32,000 bases of DNA from Desulfotalea psychrophila LSv54 (GTDB taxonomy: Bacteria > Desulfobacterota > Desulfobulbia > Desulfobulbales > Desulfocapsaceae), in assembly GCF_000025945.1 (NCBI RefSeq), contig NC_006138.1:2970001-3002000 (forward strand), given 5' to 3'. Shown here one piece after another: positions 18,445 through 26,937 of the stretch (its first letter is position 1; each line of letters opens with the position of its first letter). The position numbers and the translations under genes are program-made. Under the pieces are notes generated by a model. The model was given only the letters and a program-made list of their open reading frames with translations. It did no database searches and was not told where the DNA came from.

Positions 18445-19710
18445 ATGGAAATTATTGCCGCACATGGCACAGCAATGCTCATTATGGCCGTTATATTCGG
18501 CCTGTATATGACCTGGGGCATAGGCGCTAACGACCTCGCTAATGCCATGGGAACTTCGGTTGGAGCCGGAGCGATCACCGTAAAGCAGGCCATTGGAATT
18601 GCTATTTTTTTTGAATTCCTTGGAGCTGTTATTGCAGGTGGAAATGTTACTAAAACCATTCGAAAGGGAATTATTGATCCCTCAACCCTGGTCAACACGC
18701 CTGAGATACTCGTCTACGGCATGCTTGCCGCCCTTCTTGCGGCAGCAGTATGGCTAATGATAGCCTCATCCCGTGGTTGGCCTGTATCCACCACCCACTC
18801 CATTATCGGTGCTCTGGTGGGCTTTGCCATAGTTGGCATTGGTCCGGGAGCCGTGCATTGGGGAAAAATAGGCAGTGTTGTTGCCAGTTGGATTGTCTCA
18901 CCTATAATTGGTGGAACCATCGCCTATCTGCTCGTTATGAGCACCAGAAAGCTTATTTTTGACACAGCTAACCCTCTTAAAAATGCCAAAAGATATGCGC
19001 CCTTCTATGTCTTTCTAGTAGGGTTTATCATCTCGCTGGTTACCCTCTTTAAGGGTTTGAAGCATCTCAACATCGACCTCACCTCAGGGCAAAGTCTTCT
19101 CTGTGCTGCTCTTTTTGGTTGTTTTACCGCCCTTATGGGTTGGTATCTCACCAAAGACATTAAAGAGGATGTTACTGCCAACCGAGAGTTCAGCTTTGCA
19201 AGTGTTGAGAGGGTATTCACCCCCATGATGCTCTTCACTGCCTGCTCCATGGCCTTCGCCCACGGCTCAAATGACGTAGCCAATGGCATTGGACCACTTG
19301 CTGCCGTCTATAGCATTATTAGCTCCGGTGGTGAAGTTATGCAGGACTCACAGCTTCCCATCTGGATCCTTCTTCTAGGTGGTGCGGGTATTGTCCTTGG
19401 TCTTATCACCCTCGGTTACCGGGTAATGCTTACCGTGGGGAAAAAAATCACAGAGCTTACCCCCTCCCGAGGTTTCTGCGCAGAACTTGCCGCAGCCATT
19501 ACCGTTGTTATTGCTTCGCGTACGGGACTGCCTGTTTCCACCACTCATATCCTTGTCGGCTCCGTACTCGGGGTAGGCCTGGCACGAGGAGTAGGAGCAC
19601 TTGACCTGCGGGTGATCCTCAACATTGTCATATCCTGGGTTGTCACCCTGCCCGCAGGGGCATTTATGGCAATGCTCTTCTTCTTCACCCTTAAGGGTAT
19701 CTTTGGTTAA
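18445..19710 (+). CDS. pit: inorganic phosphate transporter, PiT family
   Basis: 421 aa, polytopic. Has the duplicated PiT signature GANDLANAMGTSVG and GSNDVANGIGP. Confidence 0.92.
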   Translation: MEIIAAHGTAMLIMAVIFGLYMTWGIGANDLANAMGTSVGAGAITVKQAIGIAIFFEFLGAVIAGGNVTKTIRKGIIDPSTLVNTPEILVYGMLAALLAAAVWLMIASSRGWPVSTTHSIIGALVGFAIVGIGPGAVHWGKIGSVVASWIVSPIIGGTIAYLLVMSTRKLIFDTANPLKNAKRYAPFYVFLVGFIISLVTLFKGLKHLNIDLTSGQSLLCAALFGCFTALMGWYLTKDIKEDVTANREFSFASVERVFTPMMLFTACSMAFAHGSNDVANGIGPLAAVYSIISSGGEVMQDSQLPIWILLLGGAGIVLGLITLGYRVMLTVGKKITELTPSRGFCAELAAAITVVIASRTGLPVSTTHILVGSVLGVGLARGVGALDLRVILNIVISWVVTLPAGAFMAMLFFFTLKGIFG

Positions 19711-19718
19711 AACTCTCT

Positions 19719-19755
19719 TTGGTTGCAAATATTTTAAAAAAATATTTGCAACCAA
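19719..19755. terminator. bidirectional terminator between convergent pit and M48 protease genes
   Basis: Perfect 17-bp inverted repeat TTGGTTGCAAATATTTT / AAAATATTTGCAACCAA with a 3-nt loop. It is A/T-flanked on both strands. Confidence 0.7.
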
Positions 19756-19758
19756 TGC

Positions 19759-21228
19759 CTACTTACCCTGCAAACGATCAAGCAACTCCAGAGCCTTCTC
19801 ACTCTCCTCCTTTATTTTCTTAGTCGTTTTCGCATTTTTAATCGTCTGGTTAAAATTAAAACGAGCAAGCCTTAGCCTCCCCCTATACAGATTATATTTG
19901 CCAAGATAATAGGTAGCCATACCCTTTTTTTTCTGACTACTGGCAAGACGCCCCAGTTCATAGTAGGCCTTATCATATTCAGGCATAGCACTGAGGACAC
20001 TCTTATAATACTTTTCTGCCTGGGTAATATCTCCCCTTCTTGCCATCAACCTGCCAAGGTTAAAAATGGCAAAGAGATTGCCAGCATCACGGGCCAAGGT
20101 CGCCCGCAAATCCTGCTCTGCCGCCACAAGCTGCCCCGCCTCAAGCTGAATATATCCCCTGTCACCAATCAATGCGATCTTATCCGGAAAATCCTTAATT
20201 GCTTGGTTTATATACTGAAGACTTCTTGGATAATCATTTTCTCGCAGGGCAACAAGGGCAAGACCATAGCCTGACATCTTTTTTTCAAACTCTGTTGAGC
20301 GGGCAGAGGTATGAAGACTAATAAGCAGATCACGAAAGGAGGCAGACTCTGTTACCTGAGAAAGCACCCTGTACTTAAAACGAAAAAAAGCAAAATTATC
20401 AACTTTAACAATCCCTCTACCACCTCGTTTCTTATCAATAATGACAAGAGATTCAACATACTCAAGCCGAGCCTCTGGATTGGGGTGAGTCACAAGATAC
20501 TGAGGAAGTTTTTCACTGCGATAACGGGCAATGCGACGCATTGTACCCAACATCTTCACCTGTCCCTGCGGATCCCGGTGCAGGGCCTTCATCCAATCAT
20601 AGGCAAGCAAATCAGCCTCCTCCTCATGGATACGGCTATAGTGAAGGGATATACTTCGTCCCGTGGCCATGGCTCCAACTAACAGGGCTGGAGCAAGGGC
20701 TCCACCGGTCAGAAGAGCAAGCAGGGCAAGACCCGCAGTAGCTACAGTACTCACCTTACCCTTATCCATCCTGGCGGCAAGATGCCTCCTGACAACATGA
20801 CCAATTTCATGGGCAAGTACTGAGACGAGCTCATCCTCGGAGTTCATTGCCGCAATAAGGCCGGAATAAAAGAAGATCAATCCCGAAGGAGCAGCGAAGG
20901 CATTAAAGTCCTTACTATCAACAACATAAAAATGATAATCAAAATACTGAATGCCCGCAACACGAAGCACCTCATCACCCAAGGAGTTTATATACTGGTC
21001 AATATCAGGATCATCAACAAGAGGAAAAGCTCCACGGACTGAATAGAGGAGCTTAGCACCCAACTCCTGCTCTTCCTTAACACTAAAGGCTGAGCTCGTT
21101 GCCGGCATACTGACAATAAAGAAAAAAGCTACAAGAACAGCCGTGTATTTACGGTGATACCTTTTAATCTTTTTTAAAAGACGCAACGAGACATATAATT
21201 CCCTCTTCCATTGAGACAATAGGTGCAT
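19759..21228 (-). CDS. M48 family zinc metalloprotease with C-terminal TPR repeats (BepA/YfgC-like), secreted
   Basis: HEIGHVVRRH zincin motif. Signal peptide is KYTAVLVAFFFIVSMPATSSA. The C-terminal half is TPR-like. The start is uncertain: the ORF is open to 21294. ATG 21228 has AGGA 8 nt upstream, and TTG 21186 is also possible. Confidence 0.8.
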   Translation of the reverse strand: MHLLSQWKRELYVSLRLLKKIKRYHRKYTAVLVAFFFIVSMPATSSAFSVKEEQELGAKLLYSVRGAFPLVDDPDIDQYINSLGDEVLRVAGIQYFDYHFYVVDSKDFNAFAAPSGLIFFYSGLIAAMNSEDELVSVLAHEIGHVVRRHLAARMDKGKVSTVATAGLALLALLTGGALAPALLVGAMATGRSISLHYSRIHEEEADLLAYDWMKALHRDPQGQVKMLGTMRRIARYRSEKLPQYLVTHPNPEARLEYVESLVIIDKKRGGRGIVKVDNFAFFRFKYRVLSQVTESASFRDLLISLHTSARSTEFEKKMSGYGLALVALRENDYPRSLQYINQAIKDFPDKIALIGDRGYIQLEAGQLVAAEQDLRATLARDAGNLFAIFNLGRLMARRGDITQAEKYYKSVLSAMPEYDKAYYELGRLASSQKKKGMATYYLGKYNLYRGRLRLARFNFNQTIKNAKTTKKIKEESEKALELLDRLQGK

Positions 21229-22183
21229 ATCCAAAATCCTTTTGGGCATTTTCAATAGAAAAATAGTGTGATTTTGCCAGTTGCTCCGCAACAAATCTGG
21301 TCATGGGCGGATCGTTTTGCAGGCCAAGAACTCTATAGGCACCTTCAAAAAAGGCGCCCAAAGCATAGGCCAGAGAGAAGGGCACAGATCTTTCAAGCGG
21401 TGGCACATCCAGACGAACAAAGAGCTCATTAAGCCAATCCCACAGATTCACAGGCTGGCCCTGACTGATAAAATAGGCCCTGCCAGCAGCTGTTCCAGCG
21501 CGCAGCAAATTATTTGCCGCCAGCAGATGGGCATGGGCAACATTATCCACATAGGATACATCAACAATATTATCTTTTTTGCCAACAATCTTCAAACGAT
21601 TTTGCAGGCGACTGGCCACCAGACGAGGAATGAGATGCGGATCGCCAGGCCCCCAAACCAGATGGGGCCGCAGGGCAACACAGGCAAGGCGGGAGGGATC
21701 TACCGCAAGCACAGACTTCTCCGCCATCACCTTGCTTTTGGCATAGTGACAGAGAAATTTTTCCGGATAGGGCAGACTCTCATCTCCATTAGCAATCGAC
21801 TGTCGATTAAAAACAACCGAGGGGGTCGAGGTATAGACCAGGGCCCGAACCCGACCTAGACAGGCTGCGATAACAGACTGCGTCCCCAGAACATTGGTCT
21901 TGTAATAATCATCCCATTCACCCCAAATACCTGCCAGAGCGGCAACATGAAAAACCACATCCATACCCTCAACGGCACCCACCATAAAGGCCTGGTCACC
22001 GATATCTCCCCGGTAACATTCAACCCCCATGGCCTCAAGCTGAGGATAGAGACCACGGCCAACAACACGCACCTGAACTCCATCGGCCAGTAGCATCTGG
22101 ACAATTGCCCGACCGACAAAACCATTTCCACCTGTGACCAGGGCCCTCTCTATTTTGCCCGTGACAACTCTTGACTGGCCCAT
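21164..22183 (-). CDS. oleD: NAD(P)-dependent 3-beta-hydroxysteroid dehydrogenase/epimerase family reductase, OleD-like
   Basis: 339 aa. Has the LVTGGNGFVGRAIV Rossmann motif and the YAKSK (YxxxK) catalytic motif. Third gene of a hydrolase / AMP-ligase / SDR triad. Overlaps oleC by 34 nt. Confidence 0.7.
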   Translation of the reverse strand: MGQSRVVTGKIERALVTGGNGFVGRAIVQMLLADGVQVRVVGRGLYPQLEAMGVECYRGDIGDQAFMVGAVEGMDVVFHVAALAGIWGEWDDYYKTNVLGTQSVIAACLGRVRALVYTSTPSVVFNRQSIANGDESLPYPEKFLCHYAKSKVMAEKSVLAVDPSRLACVALRPHLVWGPGDPHLIPRLVASRLQNRLKIVGKKDNIVDVSYVDNVAHAHLLAANNLLRAGTAAGRAYFISQGQPVNLWDWLNELFVRLDVPPLERSVPFSLAYALGAFFEGAYRVLGLQNDPPMTRFVAEQLAKSHYFSIENAQKDFGYAPIVSMEEGIICLVASFKKD

Positions 22184-23775
22184 ACCGATAATTTCTCCCG
22201 AAATATTTTCGCATTATGTCGAATATCCACGGGAAAAGACCTGTGAACAAGAAAGTGTTCTATCTCAGCGGTAAGAGGGTCAGCCGCCGCAAGTGCTCGA
22301 ACATCCTCCAGTAGATCCCCATCCGAAATAGTGGCCCCCTTTTTCTTCTCGACAATAAGGGCGGGCTCTGTAACTCCTCCAATCCCCTTTACTGCCACAA
22401 GGGCCGAACGGTAGACATCATCATGCTCATTAACAATGGCCTCACAGGGAATGGTGAAGAGGGTTCCCGCTTCTGTCACCACCCGATGAGCACGACGGCC
22501 ACAGAACCACAACAGACCATCCACATCAAGATAACCGGTATCACCCATACGATGCCAAAAGGTGGCCCCATCCTCTATTTTAGCCAGACGGGTCTCGTGG
22601 GCATTATTATCATAGGCCCGAGTAACCACATTACCGCGGACAATAATTTCTCCTATCTCTCCTGCGGCACAGACCTGCACATCCTCTATACAGGCAATAG
22701 GATCATCGGAAATAGTAATAACCCGCACCTCCATACCGGGTAGGGCACGGCCAACACAGGCGCCTGCCCCCCGCCTACTTCTCTCCCAGGTCGAAGACAA
22801 AATTTCCCTGCCGGTGATGGAGACAATGGGCAGACTCTCCGTCGCCCCATAGGGGGTAAATATCTCTGCATCCTTTGGCAGCATCTTCTCCACCCTCTGT
22901 AAAAGCTCACCAGATACGGGGGCACCTGCCATGAGGACCTTCTTCAGAGAGGGCAGAACAATCTTTTTCTGCACACAGTAGTGACTCACCACATTCCAGA
23001 TAGCCGGCGAACCAAAGGAGTAGGTCACTCCATATTTTTCAATCGATGCGATATACTTTTGCGGATCAACCTGAGCCGGCTTGGTCGGATCCATATCAGG
23101 AATCACAGCACAGGCCCCGAGAGACGTTGAAAAGAGGGCAAAGAGAGGGAAGCCAGGCTGATCAACATCGCCTACACCGATACCGTAGTATTTCCCCACA
23201 TGCTCACGTTGGGCGGCAAAGAGATCATGTTCATAACGGACGCCCTTAGGGGCACCGGTGGATCCCGTGGTAAAGATAATTGCCGCCAGATCATCCTTTT
23301 TAGGCTGATGGGCTGGATAGGCATGCATGCTCTTCACCCCGGCCCTGCGAATATCCGGCCCAAATATCCCACAGGCACTCCCACAACAGAAAGAGAGCCT
23401 GATGGTGGAGAAGGTACGGCGAAACAGCCTGGAGACCAGAAGCGCCTTGGGAATGCCTATCAAAACAGCAGGCGTCACCCGGGCAATACAACGCAATAAG
23501 TTCTTATAGCCCATGCCCGGATCAATCAGAATAACAGGAGCACCAAGCTTAAAAAGGGCAAAGGTCAGACAGATAAAATCCGCCGATGGCTTGACCATCA
23601 GCATGACGCGATCGCCCGATTTAACGCCTGAATCACGGAGATAATGAGCATAACTATCGGAGAGACGATTCAGCTCTGCAAAGGACATTTCACGCCCCGT
23701 GGCAGCCTCAACAAGCCCTCTCTGCTCTCCATACTTCTGGGCAACCTCCTGCAGGGTTCTACCAATATTCAGCAC
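22150..23775 (-). CDS. oleC: AMP-dependent synthetase/ligase (ANL family), OleC-like beta-lactone synthetase
   Basis: 541 aa. AMP-binding motif is IIFTTGSTGAPKGV. The GTG start lies 1 nt after the oleB stop. Confidence 0.7.
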   Translation of the reverse strand: MLNIGRTLQEVAQKYGEQRGLVEAATGREMSFAELNRLSDSYAHYLRDSGVKSGDRVMLMVKPSADFICLTFALFKLGAPVILIDPGMGYKNLLRCIARVTPAVLIGIPKALLVSRLFRRTFSTIRLSFCCGSACGIFGPDIRRAGVKSMHAYPAHQPKKDDLAAIIFTTGSTGAPKGVRYEHDLFAAQREHVGKYYGIGVGDVDQPGFPLFALFSTSLGACAVIPDMDPTKPAQVDPQKYIASIEKYGVTYSFGSPAIWNVVSHYCVQKKIVLPSLKKVLMAGAPVSGELLQRVEKMLPKDAEIFTPYGATESLPIVSITGREILSSTWERSRRGAGACVGRALPGMEVRVITISDDPIACIEDVQVCAAGEIGEIIVRGNVVTRAYDNNAHETRLAKIEDGATFWHRMGDTGYLDVDGLLWFCGRRAHRVVTEAGTLFTIPCEAIVNEHDDVYRSALVAVKGIGGVTEPALIVEKKKGATISDGDLLEDVRALAAADPLTAEIEHFLVHRSFPVDIRHNAKIFREKLSVWASQELSRAK

Positions 23776-23776
23776 C

Positions 23777-24643
23777 TTAATCTTCCTCGCAAACTGTGAA
23801 AAAACGTTCTAATCGCGGAGCAATATCAGCAAACTCATCTTCTAATATATAGTGACCGCCATTTTCGTAATATACCTTTTCCGCATAGGGAACCCGCTCA
23901 CACCACTGCCGATAAAAGTGATCATTAAAGCAGAAGTCCTTTCCACCCCAGAGGATAAGGGTTGGCACCTGCCGCGCGACCAGGGCCTCTAGCCCCCGCT
24001 CCACCTCCACCAGGGTTCCATAGCTGGGATGGGCTGAGTTCAGCGGAATATCATGGACAAATCCATAAACAGCAACCCGTTTTTCCCAGTTCGAGTAGGG
24101 AGCAAGATATCCCGCCACCACCTCTTTGGATAATCTCTTCTGCACGGCCATAAAGCTTGCAGGCCAGGCAAAACCATTCAGTCCTCGGACAAGATACTCA
24201 CCAAAAAGAGGAGCCCGACAGAGACTGATACGCAGGGGTATATGAGTTGAACGAAATGCTGCGGTATTCAATACCACCAATTTTTCTACCCTCTCCGGGG
24301 CAAATGCAGCACAGCCAACCCCGATGGCCCCACCCCAGTCATGAACCACCAGAGAATATTTTTCTATCTGAAGATGCTCCAGCAGCTGAAAAAGATTCTG
24401 CCGATGGGTTTGCAGGGTATAGGAATAATCCTGGGGCTTATCCGAAAGACCACAACCCATATGATCCACGGCAATAATGCGGTGGGTCTTAGAGAGAAGG
24501 CTGATGACTCTACGGTAATAAAATGACCAGGTTGGATTACCATGGACCAGGACAATGACGGGGCCATGCCCCTCATCCACATAGTGCAGACGTTGACCGC
24601 CTATTTCGAAATAATTCGATTGAAAAGGATACTCTGTAAACAC
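23777..24643 (-). CDS. oleB: alpha/beta hydrolase of the haloalkane-dehalogenase-like type, OleB-like beta-lactone decarboxylase
   Basis: 288 aa with HGNPTWSFYYR, DHMGCGLSDKP and the Asp-nucleophile elbow VVHDWGG. GTG start. Confidence 0.7.
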   Translation of the reverse strand: MFTEYPFQSNYFEIGGQRLHYVDEGHGPVIVLVHGNPTWSFYYRRVISLLSKTHRIIAVDHMGCGLSDKPQDYSYTLQTHRQNLFQLLEHLQIEKYSLVVHDWGGAIGVGCAAFAPERVEKLVVLNTAAFRSTHIPLRISLCRAPLFGEYLVRGLNGFAWPASFMAVQKRLSKEVVAGYLAPYSNWEKRVAVYGFVHDIPLNSAHPSYGTLVEVERGLEALVARQVPTLILWGGKDFCFNDHFYRQWCERVPYAEKVYYENGGHYILEDEFADIAPRLERFFTVCEED

Positions 24644-25175
24644 AAGTCCCCACTTATATTTAAATTTAACATAAGTGCACCTCCAAATATCTGAAGATAC
24701 GCGTAATAGATCAGCTATAACGATTTTCTATCTCTACTGCTCAAAGGCCTCCTGACAATCTTACAAAAGGCAGAGCTCTTCGCCGAAGATAACTATACTA
24801 TCTTAGTAAATTTCTGCACCGAAGTTCTCCTCCCTTAGAGAGAAGGGACTCTCTTTTATGAGAAATTTCTTTTTCTATAACAACAAGGGGCCCTCTTGCT
24901 CCTTTGCCCGATTTAATAGCCACAGTCTCTACCAACGCTATCTCTCTCCCCGCTCTGCCAGATCAACTCTTTTTTTCCTAAGTGCTCAAAAAAAATCATC
25001 CTTAGAAAAAGCCCCCAAGCTCCAAATAAAACTAAAAAAAAGAATTGGCACAATCAGCAAAAAATAAAATTTACTTTAGCAAAATCGCTGTCTGGTGTAG
25101 ACTGTTTTGTTTTGCAGTTAATAACTAACCTAGAACGAACAATTCTCTTGCAGAGAGACTTATAAATAAAACACT

Positions 25176-26894
25176 ATGACAAACAAAGAAATTATAAAAA
25201 GATTGTACCACGAGATCATTCCCTATAAAATCCCGCTATTTATAGCAATGTTTGCCATGATTGTCGTAGCGGCCCTCACGGGCGCTCAGGCATATTTGGT
25301 GAAGGATCTCCTCGATAAAATCTTTATGGAAAAAGATGTCTTTTTTCTGCAAATACTTCCCCTTATTATTATTGCCATCTTCTTCACTAAGGGTGTCCTC
25401 TACTATACCTATGCAATCATTCTTGAGAGGGTTGGTCAATCTATTATTCGTGATTTTCGTCTGAAAATATTTGCCCACATACACCGCCAATCCCTCTCCT
25501 TTTTCCATAACACCCCGACAGGCACCTTGATATCCAGAGTGCTCTCCGACGTTGCTCTTATGCAACAGGCTGTCTCCACTGTTATCATCCAGCTCCTACG
25601 AGATTTTTTCCAAGTGATCTTCCTGCTTGGCGTCATCTTCTACATGAACTGGAAACTTGCCCTGATATGTTTTCTCATCATCCCCCTGGCAGCCATCCCC
25701 ATCGTCAAATTTGGTAAAATCTTCAGAAAGCTGAGCACAAAAACCCAGGAGGAGACTGCTGAAGTCTCCAACATGCTCCATGAGACAATTTCCGGAAGCA
25801 GAATTGTCAAAGCATTCTGCCGAGAAGATTATGAGGTAGAGCGCTTTCACAGGCAAGTAGAGACACTCTTTACCATCACCATGAAGAATGCAAAATACCG
25901 CGTATTCCAAAGCCCCCTGATGGAAATAATAGGTGGTTTTGCCGTAGCGGGCATCATCTGGGTGGGCGGCAGTGAAGTCATTAACGGCTCGGCAACACCG
26001 GGTACCTTTTTTGCCTTCTTAACAGCAATGATCACCGCCTACGACCCCGTGAAGCGAGTCAGTCAAGTCAACTCAACGATCCAACAGGGACTTGCCTCGG
26101 CACAACGGGTCTTTGCCATATTGGATATTAAGCCGGAAATAGAGGACAAGCCGGAAGCAACGTCCCTCGCCCCCTTCAAAGAATCCATCGAGTTTCATGA
26201 TGTTTCCTTCTCCTACGGAACAGAAAAAATTCTCTCTCACATCAACCTGAAGGTCCCTGCCGGAGAGGCCCTGGCCATTGTCGGCCCCAGCGGTGGGGGT
26301 AAAACAACCCTTACCAACCTTATTCCCAGGTTTATTGACTTGCAAGAGGGTTCAATCACCATCGACGGCACCGATATTAGAGATGTCACCACCAACTCCC
26401 TGCGCAATCAAATTGCCATGGTCACCCAACAGACAATTCTCTTTAACGACACCATCAGAAACAATATCGCCTACGGCAAGGACAGCTGTACAGAAGAGGA
26501 GATCAGACGGGCGGCAAAGGCAGCCCATGCCCTGACCTTTATAGAGGAACTTCCCAATGGCTTTGATACCGCCCTCGGCGAGGGAGGGGCAAAACTCTCG
26601 GGCGGACAGCGCCAGAGAATCTCTATTGCCCGGGCCCTCCTGGCCGATGCCCCCATTCTTATTTTAGATGAGGCAACCTCAGCCCTCGATACAGAATCAG
26701 AACGAGAGGTACAAAAGGCCCTGGAAAACCTTATGCAAAACCGAACAACCTTTGTTATTGCCCATAGACTTTCAACAATCAAAAACGCATCTCGAATTGT
26801 GGTGGTCAAAAAGGGAAAAATAGTAGAAGAGGGAAGTCACGAGGAACTGCTAAAGCTTGAGGGCGAATACCAACTACTCTACAATATGCAATAG
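25176..26894 (+). CDS. msbA: ABC transporter permease/ATPase, lipid A export MsbA-like
   Basis: 572 aa. Six-TM N-terminal domain, Walker A GPSGGGKTT, signature LSGGQRQRISIARAL, Walker B ILILDEATSALD. Confidence 0.88.
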   Translation: MTNKEIIKRLYHEIIPYKIPLFIAMFAMIVVAALTGAQAYLVKDLLDKIFMEKDVFFLQILPLIIIAIFFTKGVLYYTYAIILERVGQSIIRDFRLKIFAHIHRQSLSFFHNTPTGTLISRVLSDVALMQQAVSTVIIQLLRDFFQVIFLLGVIFYMNWKLALICFLIIPLAAIPIVKFGKIFRKLSTKTQEETAEVSNMLHETISGSRIVKAFCREDYEVERFHRQVETLFTITMKNAKYRVFQSPLMEIIGGFAVAGIIWVGGSEVINGSATPGTFFAFLTAMITAYDPVKRVSQVNSTIQQGLASAQRVFAILDIKPEIEDKPEATSLAPFKESIEFHDVSFSYGTEKILSHINLKVPAGEALAIVGPSGGGKTTLTNLIPRFIDLQEGSITIDGTDIRDVTTNSLRNQIAMVTQQTILFNDTIRNNIAYGKDSCTEEEIRRAAKAAHALTFIEELPNGFDTALGEGGAKLSGGQRQRISIARALLADAPILILDEATSALDTESEREVQKALENLMQNRTTFVIAHRLSTIKNASRIVVVKKGKIVEEGSHEELLKLEGEYQLLYNMQ

Positions 26895-26902
26895 GACTCC
26901 TC

Positions 26903-26932
26903 TCCCTGTTGCCGCTCAGTTGGTAACAGGGA
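26903..26932. terminator. hairpin between convergent msbA and histidine kinase genes
   Basis: TCCCTGTT (26903-26910) / AACAGGGA (26925-26932), 8 bp perfect with a 14-nt loop. The U tracts are weak. Confidence 0.4.
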
Positions 26933-26937
26933 AAGGA

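Noticed and set aside
18075-18698. 207-aa minus-strand ORF spanning the DUF47/pit junction. Similar long antisense ORFs occur at 4739-5221, 8554-9015, 10637-11065, 12364-12873 and 16665-17039.
   Set aside because: All are antisense to strongly supported genes, lack motifs and SDs, and have the biased composition typical of shadow frames.
25046-25058. TGGCAC hexamer resembling a sigma54 -24 element upstream of msbA
   Set aside because: The nearest downstream GC dinucleotide is only 8 nt from the GG, whereas sigma54 promoters need GG-N10-GC. No TTGC -12 element is in register.
24858-25067. 69-aa ORF in the 532-nt divergent spacer between oleB and msbA
   Set aside because: Low-complexity, Lys/Ser/Phe-rich, with no ribosome-binding site. 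It is most likely a chance ORF in an A/T-rich promoter region.
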